This document shows, piece after piece, positions 39,913 to 50,421 of a stretch of 64,000 nt of DNA (the first letter of the stretch is position 1; every line of letters begins with the position of its first letter). The notes beneath the pieces were generated by a model. It was not told where the DNA came from, ran no database searches, and was given only the letters and a program-made list of their open reading frames with translations. The DNA comes from an uncultured Candidatus Actinomarina sp. Its GTDB lineage: Bacteria; Actinomycetota; Acidimicrobiia; Actinomarinales; Actinomarinaceae. The DNA lies in assembly GCA_902534495.1 (NCBI GenBank), contig CACAQC010000002.1, positions 14,517 through 78,516 on the forward strand. The letters run 5' to 3'. The translations under genes and the position numbers were made by a program.

Positions 39913-41295
39913 ATGTTTAAAAACTCTATATTTTACTCATTCGAAAAACTGTCTCCAAAGTTGATTTCTGTATTATTGCTACCAATTTTATTGCGACTTA
40001 TTAAACCAGAACTCTGGGCTGAAATTACTTTGTTATTAGCTTTGCAGCTTCTAATTTCTTATTTTCTAACACAAGGAGATGAGAGGTCTATCCTTAAATT
40101 TACCTCTGAAGAAGAGGTCCTTTACAGATCATTTACTAGCTTGTTGAGAATTAGTTTATTGGTTTTGATGATTTTTGAAATTGTCGGTTATTTTTTTGAA
40201 ACACTCCCGTTTTCGTTACAGTATGGTCTTCCCTTTAGGTTTATGTACGTTAGTACTGTAATTATTTCTGTAAATAAACTCCTACTTGCAAAATTAAGAT
40301 CCTTAGAGAAATCAACTGAGATTTTTAAATCTTCTTTTTTTGAATCTCTATTTATTAATTCGATTCAACTTTTATTTGTTGCAATTACAGTTCAACTTGA
40401 TGGTTATGATTCAAGAGTTATCGTAACGGTTTATTTTCTTGTACAACTATTTGGTAATTTGTTCAAATTTCTATACTTTGCAAAATCTATTAAATTTAAA
40501 TTAACACTTGTGCTAAAAAATTTATTAGCAAAAAAACCAAAAGACTTTTTAAAGTTTTCAAATATAAGTTTTTTGATTCTAATTTCTAATTATTTTGTTA
40601 ACTGGCAGGATAAATTTTTTGTTGAAATAATTTTTGGACTCAAAGAATTAGGTATCTATTCTGTAACAACAAGAATTTCAAATTTAGGACTAGTATTCAT
40701 CAGCTCGATTCTAATTGCTGCTTACTCTAAATATTGGCCAAAAACTATTGAGGACAAGACTGATTACCAAGTAAAACAAATAACTGGTGACATAATACTC
40801 ATTTCTTCGTATACGATGGCAGCGCTAATGTTAATAGTCGTGAGTGTTGGTCAATATGTTTTTCCAACTAGTTATGAAACTTCCATCAATATGATTGATT
40901 TAGCTACTCTACTCGTTTTCTTACAAACAATTGTTCTTATCTTTTCGATTGATCTTGGTAGGATTAGTAATCTAAAACGCATATATTTCTTTAATCTTGC
41001 AGTTATTATTCTTCAAGTATCTATATACAATCTTTATTCTTTTGAAAATCTGGAAGAAATTTTCATTTTGCAAATTGTCACAATGCTAATTTTCATAACT
41101 GCATTTTTTTGGAAAACAGTTCTTTTATTTAAAAAAGAATTTACAATTTCTTTACTTTTAATTTCTGCTTCAGTTCTTATTGCAACTTTTTACCAATCTA
41201 GCGGTTCTCAGATTCTCCAATTATCATCATTTCTTTTGAGCCTATTTTTTGCATCAAATGTATTGCAAAGATGGATAAAGCTTGACTCAAATTAA
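39913..41295 (+). CDS. Polytopic membrane protein; candidate Wzx-type oligosaccharide flippase (MOP superfamily)
   Basis: About 12 TM helices, 460 aa, within a glycan cluster. Confidence 0.4.
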   Translation: MFKNSIFYSFEKLSPKLISVLLLPILLRLIKPELWAEITLLLALQLLISYFLTQGDERSILKFTSEEEVLYRSFTSLLRISLLVLMIFEIVGYFFETLPFSLQYGLPFRFMYVSTVIISVNKLLLAKLRSLEKSTEIFKSSFFESLFINSIQLLFVAITVQLDGYDSRVIVTVYFLVQLFGNLFKFLYFAKSIKFKLTLVLKNLLAKKPKDFLKFSNISFLILISNYFVNWQDKFFVEIIFGLKELGIYSVTTRISNLGLVFISSILIAAYSKYWPKTIEDKTDYQVKQITGDIILISSYTMAALMLIVVSVGQYVFPTSYETSINMIDLATLLVFLQTIVLIFSIDLGRISNLKRIYFFNLAVIILQVSIYNLYSFENLEEIFILQIVTMLIFITAFFWKTVLLFKKEFTISLLLISASVLIATFYQSSGSQILQLSSFLLSLFFASNVLQRWIKLDSN

Positions 41296-42276
41296 ACTAT
41301 TTAAAATTTGTAAAGCACGATTTTTAGAAAAATTTTGTATGATTTTTTGTTGACTTTCATTGTGATTGTATTTACTCATTGAAAAGTTTATTAATTTATT
41401 TTTTAAATCTTGATAATTTTCACTTTCAAAAATTACACCATTTTTAGTCATTTCAATAATCTCCTTATTACCAGTTTTGCAATCAGATACTATTGAAAAT
41501 AAATTATTGTATTGTGCTTCAAGCAAGACATTGGACATTCCTTCTTTTCTTGATGGTAAAACGAAAAAACTGTAATTAGTCCAGATATTTTCCATGTTTA
41601 CGGGGTCTTTTTTTATTGAAACATTTTCATTACTTATTAGATTGCTCAAATTTTGATATTCTTCACCAACACCATATATATCAATTTTGATTTTTCTATC
41701 ATCCAACTCATTCATGGCTCTTATTAAAACGTCAATACCTTTATTATGTGTAAGTCTTGATACAACTACTCCATTTAATTTTGAAACCTTTTCCTTAAAT
41801 GGTTCATTTTTAGTGTCTTCAACTATGTTATTTAAATAATAAAATTTTTCACTTATCACAGGAAAACGGTTTTTATAGAAATCTAGGTTTTCTCTAGAAT
41901 TAAACAGTACAACATCAGCGTTTTTCAATATAAATTTTGTAAATCGTAAATCAATATTGTAATTTGCTACTCTAACAATGCTTTTATAATTGGCAATTCT
42001 TAATTTTTTAATTAATACATTTAATAAGTTTGGTGTAGGCAGAGTAGAAATAAAAATGTCTGGGACAAAAGTTTTCAGCACATTGACTAATTGAAAAAAG
42101 GAATTCCTTGTTTTTTTGACACCGATTACGGTGTGATCTCCAACACTGCTACTTTTTTTTGCTGTAACAAATAAACAATCGTTATCATCTTTTAAAGCAT
42201 TGAAAATTTTTACTAGCTGCCTTTCAGCCCCACTTGTATTGAAAGTTGATGTAAAGAAAATAATTTTTCTACTCAT
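41287..42276 (-). CDS. Glycosyltransferase family 4
   Basis: EGMSNVLLEAQYNNLFSIVSD matches the EX7E motif. Confidence 0.7.
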   Translation of the reverse strand: MSRKIIFFTSTFNTSGAERQLVKIFNALKDDNDCLFVTAKKSSSVGDHTVIGVKKTRNSFFQLVNVLKTFVPDIFISTLPTPNLLNVLIKKLRIANYKSIVRVANYNIDLRFTKFILKNADVVLFNSRENLDFYKNRFPVISEKFYYLNNIVEDTKNEPFKEKVSKLNGVVVSRLTHNKGIDVLIRAMNELDDRKIKIDIYGVGEEYQNLSNLISNENVSIKKDPVNMENIWTNYSFFVLPSRKEGMSNVLLEAQYNNLFSIVSDCKTGNKEIIEMTKNGVIFESENYQDLKNKLINFSMSKYNHNESQQKIIQNFSKNRALQILNSLI

Positions 42277-43063
42277 ATATCTCTCTTATTTTTTCTTCAT
42301 AGTTTTTGGAATATATCAAACCAAGATATTTACTACCATATTTTATTGGCAATTTATTCAAATTTTTTAATTCTTTTCTATACCAGAATAAATTATCTTC
42401 TAAATCGTCGAATATTATCAGATAATCCTTAGTATTTTTTAAAACCATCCTTAGTAAAAATAATTTTCCATTTAACGACTTATCAGAATCAAAATAATAA
42501 AAATTATATTTATTTTTCTTAATTAATCGCCCTGCAATAGCCCTGTCTTTTCCAATATATAGTTTCCAATTTTTTTTAAATGATTTACTGACTAAAATTC
42601 CAATATACTCCTCAGCATTTTTAATATCTGCTCTTGGTAAATCAATCGAGTCTAATGAAAATGCATTACTATTTTTTATACCTGAAGCAAGAATTGAATT
42701 TGTAGACAGTCCTAGCCATACACCAGTTTCTAGGGCTTTCATAGGATTTACTATTTTTAGTAGTATATAAAGTAATTCTGGATATTGCACACCGTGAAGC
42801 TTTACACTCTTTTTTTTGGAAATATCCAGAAATTTTTTCATGGCATCATTATTAATCTTTTTGAAGTCATCATATTCATAAGGAAATTTATTTTCTAAAA
42901 AATTTTTATCTAATTCTATGACAGATAAATCTTCTTTAAGTAGATTCAAAGCAACCTCTCTATTTTTTTTGTATTTATTTTTAAAAATATAAAATTTAAA
43001 AAATTGAAAACTTTTATATTTAAATGAATGTTTTATATTTAGGACCTTGCTTTTAAGCGACAT
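42269..43063 (-). CDS. Class I SAM-dependent O-methyltransferase (TylF/MycF-like sugar methyltransferase)
   Basis: LETGVWLGLSTNSI glycine-rich SAM fold; about 260 aa. Confidence 0.45.
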   Translation of the reverse strand: MSLKSKVLNIKHSFKYKSFQFFKFYIFKNKYKKNREVALNLLKEDLSVIELDKNFLENKFPYEYDDFKKINNDAMKKFLDISKKKSVKLHGVQYPELLYILLKIVNPMKALETGVWLGLSTNSILASGIKNSNAFSLDSIDLPRADIKNAEEYIGILVSKSFKKNWKLYIGKDRAIAGRLIKKNKYNFYYFDSDKSLNGKLFLLRMVLKNTKDYLIIFDDLEDNLFWYRKELKNLNKLPIKYGSKYLGLIYSKNYEEKIREIYE

Positions 43064-43079
43064 AGTATAATTATATAAA

Positions 43080-44768
43080 TTGTTTTTTAAAAAAATTAAC
43101 TATAAGCTATTTGTAGTTCTGACCCTATTTATTTTCAATGTAATAAATTATTTCAAATCTTCACTAATTTATGTTGCACTTTTCTCATTTTTATCTTTTG
43201 TGATATATTACTTTTCTAAGATAGATAGAAGTTTAATTCTAGATTCATTTTTATACACCAACGTAGTTTCTTTAGTGTTGCCAGCTAGAATTCCATTCTA
43301 CGGAAATCAATTTGCTTATTTCGATCACCTATACAAAGATGATATTGCATTTAATTCAATTAGCTATTCAAATTCACCTGATTATATTGGTTTTGATTTA
43401 TTATCACGATTTCTGTTATTAGGTGACAATTTAACCAATCTAAATGTAGCCTTATTTTTTGTAAATTTTTTAGCCTTTTATTCAATTTTTAGATTTTACA
43501 AAAATGCTTTTAACGACAAAAATATAACATTATTTAAGTTCCTGTTATTGATTATTTTAGTCGCAATTAATTTACCATCAGAATTTAATTCGTTTATTGG
43601 CTTTCCAAAGCTTTTATTAAATGGCACAGCAGGACTTGGAAGTTTTGGGCTAAGAGTATTCACACCAGCCAGCTTTTCATTCATAATGTTTTTGCCTCTT
43701 ACATTATTGTTAGAGAACAAAACTAAACAATTCTTTATAAGTGGATTAATTTTGTCATCGTTTCACTATTACATTTTCATAGTAATGATTGTTGTTTTCA
43801 TTTCATACATCTCATCAAAAAGAGAGAAGTTATACCTTTTCCAATCCTTTTTGTTTGTCATCACTCTTTTTTTCATACTGGATCAATATCAATTTTTTCA
43901 AGACTTAAGTGAACATTTAGTTAGGTTGAAAAATAAAAATGTTAATTTTAATTTGATACCTGTAATTTCCATTGGAACTATATTAAACAGCGGATTCGAT
44001 GGTAACTTTGTTTACTACATTAATTTAGAAAATTTTACTTTTTTCAAACCTGAGTTTTCAATTTCAAATTTTTCTCCAACTGTTGGTGTTTTTAATAACG
44101 AATCGAGCATACCGTTTGAAAAACTTATTTTGTTTTTTATCAGCTTGTATTTAACGAGAAATAACAAGAAGTTATTTAACATGTTGCTTTTTGCAGTAAG
44201 TGTTTTTTTAACGTCTCATTACTTGTTTTCAGTAAATTTATTTTCTTTTCATGCAATCTTCCAGCCTTACAGAATTATTCACTTATTTTCAATTGTTTGT
44301 TTTATGGTGATTATAAGTTCAATAAAATTAAGAAATTTTATAACATTTTCAAATAGTTTTTATTTAGTTCTAATACTTTTATTACCCACCTCTTTTTTCT
44401 TGTGGAAAACATACAGCTCACTTGAAAATTCATACAATATTGAAATATTTGAAAGTATAAAAAATATAGAAGAACAGTTAGTACTAATTCCACTTAATGA
44501 AACTAAAGATGTTTATTATTTTGGTTTTCCAAATATTTTTGTATCAACCTTTCCTCCTACCGATTACTTGAACAATGACATTATGAACTCTTATTTTGAT
44601 AAGTTGTCTCACTATGAAAATATATATTCCATGAAATCGTGTAAAGAAATCGAAAACTATATTGAAGACAACAACCTTGAAATTGAATATATTTTTATCC
44701 CTAAAGAGAATGATTTTTTCGTTAAAGACTGTAATTTAAACATAATTTTCTTTTCTGATTCTATTTGA
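43080..44768 (+). CDS. Large polytopic membrane protein; candidate polymerase or GT-C transferase
   Basis: More than 12 TM helices; 562 aa. Confidence 0.4.
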   Translation: MFFKKINYKLFVVLTLFIFNVINYFKSSLIYVALFSFLSFVIYYFSKIDRSLILDSFLYTNVVSLVLPARIPFYGNQFAYFDHLYKDDIAFNSISYSNSPDYIGFDLLSRFLLLGDNLTNLNVALFFVNFLAFYSIFRFYKNAFNDKNITLFKFLLLIILVAINLPSEFNSFIGFPKLLLNGTAGLGSFGLRVFTPASFSFIMFLPLTLLLENKTKQFFISGLILSSFHYYIFIVMIVVFISYISSKREKLYLFQSFLFVITLFFILDQYQFFQDLSEHLVRLKNKNVNFNLIPVISIGTILNSGFDGNFVYYINLENFTFFKPEFSISNFSPTVGVFNNESSIPFEKLILFFISLYLTRNNKKLFNMLLFAVSVFLTSHYLFSVNLFSFHAIFQPYRIIHLFSIVCFMVIISSIKLRNFITFSNSFYLVLILLLPTSFFLWKTYSSLENSYNIEIFESIKNIEEQLVLIPLNETKDVYYFGFPNIFVSTFPPTDYLNNDIMNSYFDKLSHYENIYSMKSCKEIENYIEDNNLEIEYIFIPKENDFFVKDCNLNIIFFSDSI

Positions 44769-44818
44769 TAAATTTTATCTGTTTTCTAAAGTATCATTAA
44801 TATATCAATGAAGTATCA

Positions 44819-45832
44819 ATGAATAATATGATTAATTTTGGAATGATAGGTTGTGGTTATTGGGGTAAAAATATCGCAAGAAATATTTATCAGAATGGAG
44901 ATTGTAACTTAAGCCATATTTCAGATTTAAATGAATCAAATTTAAGCTACATAAATAAAAACTATCCAAACACAAAAACTACTGTCAATGCTGACGAGGT
45001 ATTCAAGGATGCAGATTTAGATATTGTAGGTATTTTCACACCTCCGAAAACTCATTACAAGCTTATTATTAAAGCCCTTGAGAATGATAAACATGTATTA
45101 GTCACAAAACCTCTTTGCCTAAGTGCTTCAGAGGCAGAAAAAATAAAAGCAACTTCTGAAAAAAAACAGCTCCGTGTTTTTCTTGATGACACTTTTTTAT
45201 TTAGTGGTCCAGTCGCATTTTTAAAAAAATATTTTAAAGAGGAAAGCTTTGGAGACCTTGTTTTTATTCAGTCTTCAAGAATTAATTTGGGACTAATCCA
45301 AGATGATTGCAATGTCATATGGGATTTAGGACCACACGATATCGGAATATTAAATTATATTTTAGATTCTGAGCCAATCAAGGTTAGAGCAACTGGCTTC
45401 AACCCATTTGAAGGGATATATGATTTTGCATGTCACAGCAATTGTGATTTAGTATATGAAAATAATTTATTCGCCTCTGTAACACTAAGCTGGCTTTCTG
45501 CAATAAAAACAAGAAGAATGATTTTTGGAGGTACAAAAGAAACGGTGGTTTACGACCATCTTGATGAAGATCAACAAATTAAAATATTTAAACAAAGCAT
45601 ACTTCCTAGTGAAATAGATGCGAGCACTCAATTTGAGTATTCAGTTGGTGAAACTGTTTTACCTCTAATTGATAATATAGAGCCACTTAAAAAAGAGATA
45701 GAAGAAGTTGTGCGTTGTTTAAAAACAAATACAAAGTTTGTTTCAGATGTCGATCATGCAATAAAAACAATTAAAGTCATTGAGTCACTTCAGCTATCAT
45801 TGATGTCAAATAGTGAGTTTATAGATATATGA
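44819..45832 (+). CDS. Gfo/Idh/MocA-family NAD-dependent sugar oxidoreductase (WbpB/WlbA-like)
   Basis: N-terminal Rossmann motif INFGMIGCGYWGKN. Confidence 0.75.
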   Translation: MNNMINFGMIGCGYWGKNIARNIYQNGDCNLSHISDLNESNLSYINKNYPNTKTTVNADEVFKDADLDIVGIFTPPKTHYKLIIKALENDKHVLVTKPLCLSASEAEKIKATSEKKQLRVFLDDTFLFSGPVAFLKKYFKEESFGDLVFIQSSRINLGLIQDDCNVIWDLGPHDIGILNYILDSEPIKVRATGFNPFEGIYDFACHSNCDLVYENNLFASVTLSWLSAIKTRRMIFGGTKETVVYDHLDEDQQIKIFKQSILPSEIDASTQFEYSVGETVLPLIDNIEPLKKEIEEVVRCLKTNTKFVSDVDHAIKTIKVIESLQLSLMSNSEFIDI

Positions 45833-46836
45833 TCAAAAATGCTTCATTAGAAAACAAAAACGTTTTAATCACTGGAGGAGCGGGGTTTATCGGGTCTGAA
45901 TTAACTAAACAAGTTCTTTCACACGGTGCAAAGGTTTCGGTCGTTGACAATCTTGTGAATGGTAAAAAATCAAATTTAAATTTGGATGATAAAAACTTGA
46001 TGTTTTATGAAGAAGATATTAGAAATCAACAGGTTATGCAAAATCTTATTTCTAAATCAGATTATGTTTTCAACCTCGCATGTCTTGGTGTCAGACACTC
46101 CCTTCACTCACCTATTGAAAGTCACAGTGTAAATGCTGATGCAACTTTAAATCTACTTAAAATGAGTAGAGAAACTGATATTAAGAAATTCGTACATATC
46201 TCAACCTCAGAAGTCTACGGTACAGCAAAGTATGTTCCTATGACTGAAGAACACCCAACAGCCCCACACACTGTGTATGGCGCTTCAAAATTAGCAGGCG
46301 AAGCTTATGCACGCGCCTATAGTAAATCATTTAATACTAATACTGTTGTCATAAGACCATTTAATTCATATGGTTACAATTCTCATCACGAGGGCGACTC
46401 AGGAGAAGTGATACCTAAATTTATAATACGAGCATTGACAGGAAATCCACTCTATATTTTTGGTAATGGAGAACAGACTAGAGATTTTACATTTGTAACT
46501 GACACTGCAAATGCAATAATTCAAATAGGCTTAAACGATTTAACAAATGAAACTTATAATCTTGGTAGCGAGAACGAGATTACAGTAAATGAATTGGCAA
46601 AATTGATTTTACAACTTACTAATTCCTCCTCAGAAATTATTCATATCGAGCCACGACCAGGAGATGTATTGCGACTATTCTCTGATTCAAGTAAAGCATT
46701 TAATGAATTTGGGATTTCTCACGAAATTGATTTCGAAAAAGGATTAAAAAATTTAATCATGTATTATTCAAATTCAGATAAAGATTTAAATGAAATGCTA
46801 GAAGAAGATATTATTAAAAATTGGGAATCTGAATGA
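45829..46836 (+). CDS. NAD-dependent nucleotide-sugar epimerase/dehydratase (extended SDR)
   Basis: VLITGGAGFIGSEL and the YGASK catalytic dyad. Confidence 0.8.
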   Translation: MIKNASLENKNVLITGGAGFIGSELTKQVLSHGAKVSVVDNLVNGKKSNLNLDDKNLMFYEEDIRNQQVMQNLISKSDYVFNLACLGVRHSLHSPIESHSVNADATLNLLKMSRETDIKKFVHISTSEVYGTAKYVPMTEEHPTAPHTVYGASKLAGEAYARAYSKSFNTNTVVIRPFNSYGYNSHHEGDSGEVIPKFIIRALTGNPLYIFGNGEQTRDFTFVTDTANAIIQIGLNDLTNETYNLGSENEITVNELAKLILQLTNSSSEIIHIEPRPGDVLRLFSDSSKAFNEFGISHEIDFEKGLKNLIMYYSNSDKDLNEMLEEDIIKNWESE

Positions 46837-48050
46837 TACCTCTGACAAAACCCTCAATCGGTATTAATGAAATTAATTCAGTTTCAAACACACTAAAGTC
46901 TGGATGGATAACCCAAGGGCCTAAAGTACAAGAATTTGAAAAAAATTTTGTAAATTATACAGGAGCTAAGTACGCTGCAGCTGTATCAAGCTGTACTACC
47001 GGTTTACAGCTTTCCTTAATTTCATTAGGTGTTCAACCTGGAGATTTAGTTATAACTGTAAGCCATTCTTATATCGCTACTGCAAATTCTATACGGCATG
47101 CAATGGCAGAACCAGTTTTTGTTGATGTAGACAAATCTAACTACAATTTAGATTTAGAGAGTCTTAAAAATTTTATCTTAAATGAATGTGTAGTTAAAGA
47201 TGGAGTAATTCACTACAAAAAACATAAAAATTTGATAGAGAATAGTCCTACTTTAAAACATTTAAAAAAATTAAATGGTAGGATATCAGCAATTATTGTT
47301 CCACATCAAATAGGGATTCCAGCAAATGTAAAAGGGATAAAACAATTTTTAAATAATTACGAGATAGCAATAATAGAAGATGCAGCTTGTGCAATTGGAA
47401 GTATTTACGACCACAAAAAATACATAGGAAATCCAGTAGGGGATACAGTATGTTTTTCTTTTCATCCAAGAAAAGTAATAACAACTGGTGATGGAGGGAT
47501 GGTTACTTCAAACAATAAAAAAATTATAGAAAATATTAAATCCCTGAGAAATCATGGAATGAATATTGATCCCTATAAAAGAAAAAGTTCAAATAAATAT
47601 TATTTTGATGTGCATATAGACAATGGTTACAATTACCGACTTACAGACATTCAAGCAGCTATGGGTGTTGAGCAGCTTGCCAGAATTGATGAAATCGTAG
47701 ATGAGAGAAGACAATTAGGAGAAATGTATAAGACAGAATTATCAACCATTAAGGGCCTATCTACATTTGAAAATGAAAAAGGTAATTTAACTAATTGGCA
47801 GAGTTTTCCAATTAATATTTTAACAAGACAGAATTCAAAACAATTAGTTAGATATTTATTTGATAGAGGTGTATTTTCAAAAAGAGGAGTAATGAATTCT
47901 CACGAAGAACCACCATATATTGAACAAAGTTGGAATTTGAAAAACTCTGAGTATTTATTGAACAAAACTGTACTGCTTCCGATGTACAATGGTTTAACTA
48001 AAAAGGATATTAAATTTGTTTGTGAAAAAGTCAGTAAATTTTTTAAATAA
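46833..48050 (+). CDS. DegT/DnrJ/EryC1-family PLP-dependent sugar aminotransferase (ArnB-like)
   Basis: KSGWITQGPK...AAVSSCTTGL parallels ArnB SGWITTGPK...AVSSATAG. Confidence 0.85.
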   Translation: MIPLTKPSIGINEINSVSNTLKSGWITQGPKVQEFEKNFVNYTGAKYAAAVSSCTTGLQLSLISLGVQPGDLVITVSHSYIATANSIRHAMAEPVFVDVDKSNYNLDLESLKNFILNECVVKDGVIHYKKHKNLIENSPTLKHLKKLNGRISAIIVPHQIGIPANVKGIKQFLNNYEIAIIEDAACAIGSIYDHKKYIGNPVGDTVCFSFHPRKVITTGDGGMVTSNNKKIIENIKSLRNHGMNIDPYKRKSSNKYYFDVHIDNGYNYRLTDIQAAMGVEQLARIDEIVDERRQLGEMYKTELSTIKGLSTFENEKGNLTNWQSFPINILTRQNSKQLVRYLFDRGVFSKRGVMNSHEEPPYIEQSWNLKNSEYLLNKTVLLPMYNGLTKKDIKFVCEKVSKFFK

Positions 48051-48053
48051 AAA

Positions 48054-48974
48054 ATGTTAAGTATTGTAATACCTGTCTATAACGAAGAAGAAAATATAAA
48101 TAGTGTTATCGAAGAATTATTAGAAAATATTGATACTCAAAGTCCATATGAAATAATATTCGTAGACGACAGCTCTGATGACAATACTTTTTTAAACATA
48201 AAAGCTATAAATTTACAAAATAATAATATAAAAATATTACGACTAGCAAGAAGGTCTGGTAGCCATATTGCAACTAAAGCTGGAATAGATGCATCCTCTG
48301 GTGATAAGCTTTTAGTTATTTCTGGTGATGGACAAGAGGATCCCTCATTAATTAAAGATATGATATCAAATATTGCTGATGGTTTTGATATAGTTTGGGG
48401 TGTTAGAGATGTTAGAGAGGAGAATTTATTTTCAAGATTAATTACTAAAATTTTCTATAAGGGACTTGTAAGATTTACAAAAAATACTACAAACTATTCG
48501 GTTGATATTTCTAATGCTGATTTCTACATGTTGAGTAACAAAGTTATAAATGAATTAAAAAAAACCTCATTAAAAAATTCTTCTTTATTTGGTCTTTTAG
48601 CTTGGGTTGGTTTCAAGCAAACATCACTTCCTTATAAGAGAAGAAAACGTTTAAACGGAAATTCAAAGTGGGGATTAAAAAGTAAATTAAGCCTAGCTAT
48701 AGATTGGTATATTAGTTTTTCTCCATCACCACTTAGATTTGTAGTATTCTCGGCTATTACAATTGCACTAGCTGCTGTAATTTACACAGTTTATATTTTC
48801 TTAAATTACAACAATGCAACCGGCATACCAGGTTGGGCCTCAACAATTGTTTTGATGCTATTTTTTAACAGCTTTATAATTTTAATTCTTGGATTAAATA
48901 GTGAGTATTTATGGAGAACTTTTAACAATACATCAGATAAACCAATTTATTCAATTGAGGATAAAATTGTCTAA
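48054..48974 (+). CDS. GT2 polyprenyl-phosphate glycosyltransferase (ArnC/GtrB-like) with C-terminal TM helices
   Basis: LSIVIPVYNEEENI; DxD region; two C-terminal TM segments. Confidence 0.8.
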   Translation: MLSIVIPVYNEEENINSVIEELLENIDTQSPYEIIFVDDSSDDNTFLNIKAINLQNNNIKILRLARRSGSHIATKAGIDASSGDKLLVISGDGQEDPSLIKDMISNIADGFDIVWGVRDVREENLFSRLITKIFYKGLVRFTKNTTNYSVDISNADFYMLSNKVINELKKTSLKNSSLFGLLAWVGFKQTSLPYKRRKRLNGNSKWGLKSKLSLAIDWYISFSPSPLRFVVFSAITIALAAVIYTVYIFLNYNNATGIPGWASTIVLMLFFNSFIILILGLNSEYLWRTFNNTSDKPIYSIEDKIV

Positions 48975-48976
48975 AA

Positions 48977-49615
48977 ATGCAAAATGAGAATAAATTATTT
49001 TATATATTTGGCAAAGGAAAGCTAGCAAAAGACTTCATTGACTTTTTACTAAAGAATATTGATAAAAAAAATATAATTGTTATTCCTGAATTACCAGAAC
49101 CCTCATGGACCGAATCTTTAGTTGAATATTGTAATGAGTTAGGTATCAGACTTACCAGTTTTTCAGATGTAACTATTCGTACCCATGAATCTATTGGAAT
49201 TTCTATATATTTCTCAAAAATTTTTAAACAAGAACTTATTGATAAATTTGAATACTTTGTAAATTTACATAACGGACCATTACCAAGGTATCGGGGAGTA
49301 AATCCAATAAATTGGGCTTTAAAAAATAAGGAGAAACAACATGGAGTTACACTTCATACAATTGAATCTGGTATAGATACTGGAAAAATTCTTGATCAAA
49401 TTATGTTTCCAATTAATGATGATATGGAAGTTATTGATGTCTACAATTTATGTCTGAGCAATGGAATTAAAATATTAGAAAGATCAATCTTTAATTTAGA
49501 CAATATAGAGCCAATTAAACAAGACGATAGTTTTTCAACTTACTATTCCAAAAAAGATTTTGAAAAACTGGGAGATAGAAAATATTTTACGAGAGATACG
49601 TTAGAAGAAACTTAA
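48977..49615 (+). CDS. Sugar N-formyltransferase (Formyl_trans_N; ArnA N-domain-like)
   Basis: HNGPLPRYRGVNPINWAL matches the H-x-SLLP-x-RG formyltransferase motif. Confidence 0.75.
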   Translation: MQNENKLFYIFGKGKLAKDFIDFLLKNIDKKNIIVIPELPEPSWTESLVEYCNELGIRLTSFSDVTIRTHESIGISIYFSKIFKQELIDKFEYFVNLHNGPLPRYRGVNPINWALKNKEKQHGVTLHTIESGIDTGKILDQIMFPINDDMEVIDVYNLCLSNGIKILERSIFNLDNIEPIKQDDSFSTYYSKKDFEKLGDRKYFTRDTLEET

Positions 49616-49622
49616 ACTTTAA

Positions 49623-50267
49623 TTATTTTTCATCATCTTTGTATATTTTTAAAATATATTTTGTTCCATCAATTACAAAAAAGGCTGGGTAATTTTCATT
49701 GTCAACAACTCTCAGTAAATTAAATTGAGACTTTAACGATTCATTAATATTAAGTTCAGAATCTTTGGGGTATCTTCTTGGAAAATATGTCGCATCACCA
49801 TTTTGTTCAACCCCCTCTACATTTGGATATTCATTTACATATCTTAAAATTAACTCATATGTTTTTTCTGCCTGAATTTCTCGCAAATCTTGACCAAGCT
49901 CGTTACCCGACAACTGTACATTTTCTTTGTAGTATATTTTTCCATCATCAATTTTTTCATTTGCTTCAAATAAAGTAAAGTAAAGCTCATTTTTGTCATT
50001 AAGAACTTCCCAAGTAATTGGCGCAAACCCTCGTCCTTCAGGAAGATTAGATGGGTGAGGTACAACATTAGATTTATTTTTACTTAGCCCATCTTTAGTT
50101 ACAATTTTGAGAGAGGATATAAAAGCAGCAATGTCTCCTTCCTTAAGTTCATCCTCACTTTTAGCAATATTAACAACGTGTCCTAGCTCAGTTAATTTCT
50201 CGATAAAAATTTTGTTTGTATCCCAAAACCAAGATTTTTTATTATCACACAGCAGATTAATTATCAT
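49623..50267 (-). CDS. Second formyltransferase-family protein
   Basis: VVPHPSNLPEGRGFAPITWEVLN. Confidence 0.6.
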   Translation of the reverse strand: MIINLLCDNKKSWFWDTNKIFIEKLTELGHVVNIAKSEDELKEGDIAAFISSLKIVTKDGLSKNKSNVVPHPSNLPEGRGFAPITWEVLNDKNELYFTLFEANEKIDDGKIYYKENVQLSGNELGQDLREIQAEKTYELILRYVNEYPNVEGVEQNGDATYFPRRYPKDSELNINESLKSQFNLLRVVDNENYPAFFVIDGTKYILKIYKDDEK

Positions 50268-50421
50268 ACTTCATTTTATATTATTCATTAGTAATCAGCA
50301 TTAAATAACAAATACACAAGACATTTTAAAAACAAATATTTACGTAATGATAAAATATATTAAAGAAAGGTAAGCTACATCAATTAATCAAATTTAAATT
50401 GAAATAATTAAAGTTTTTAGC

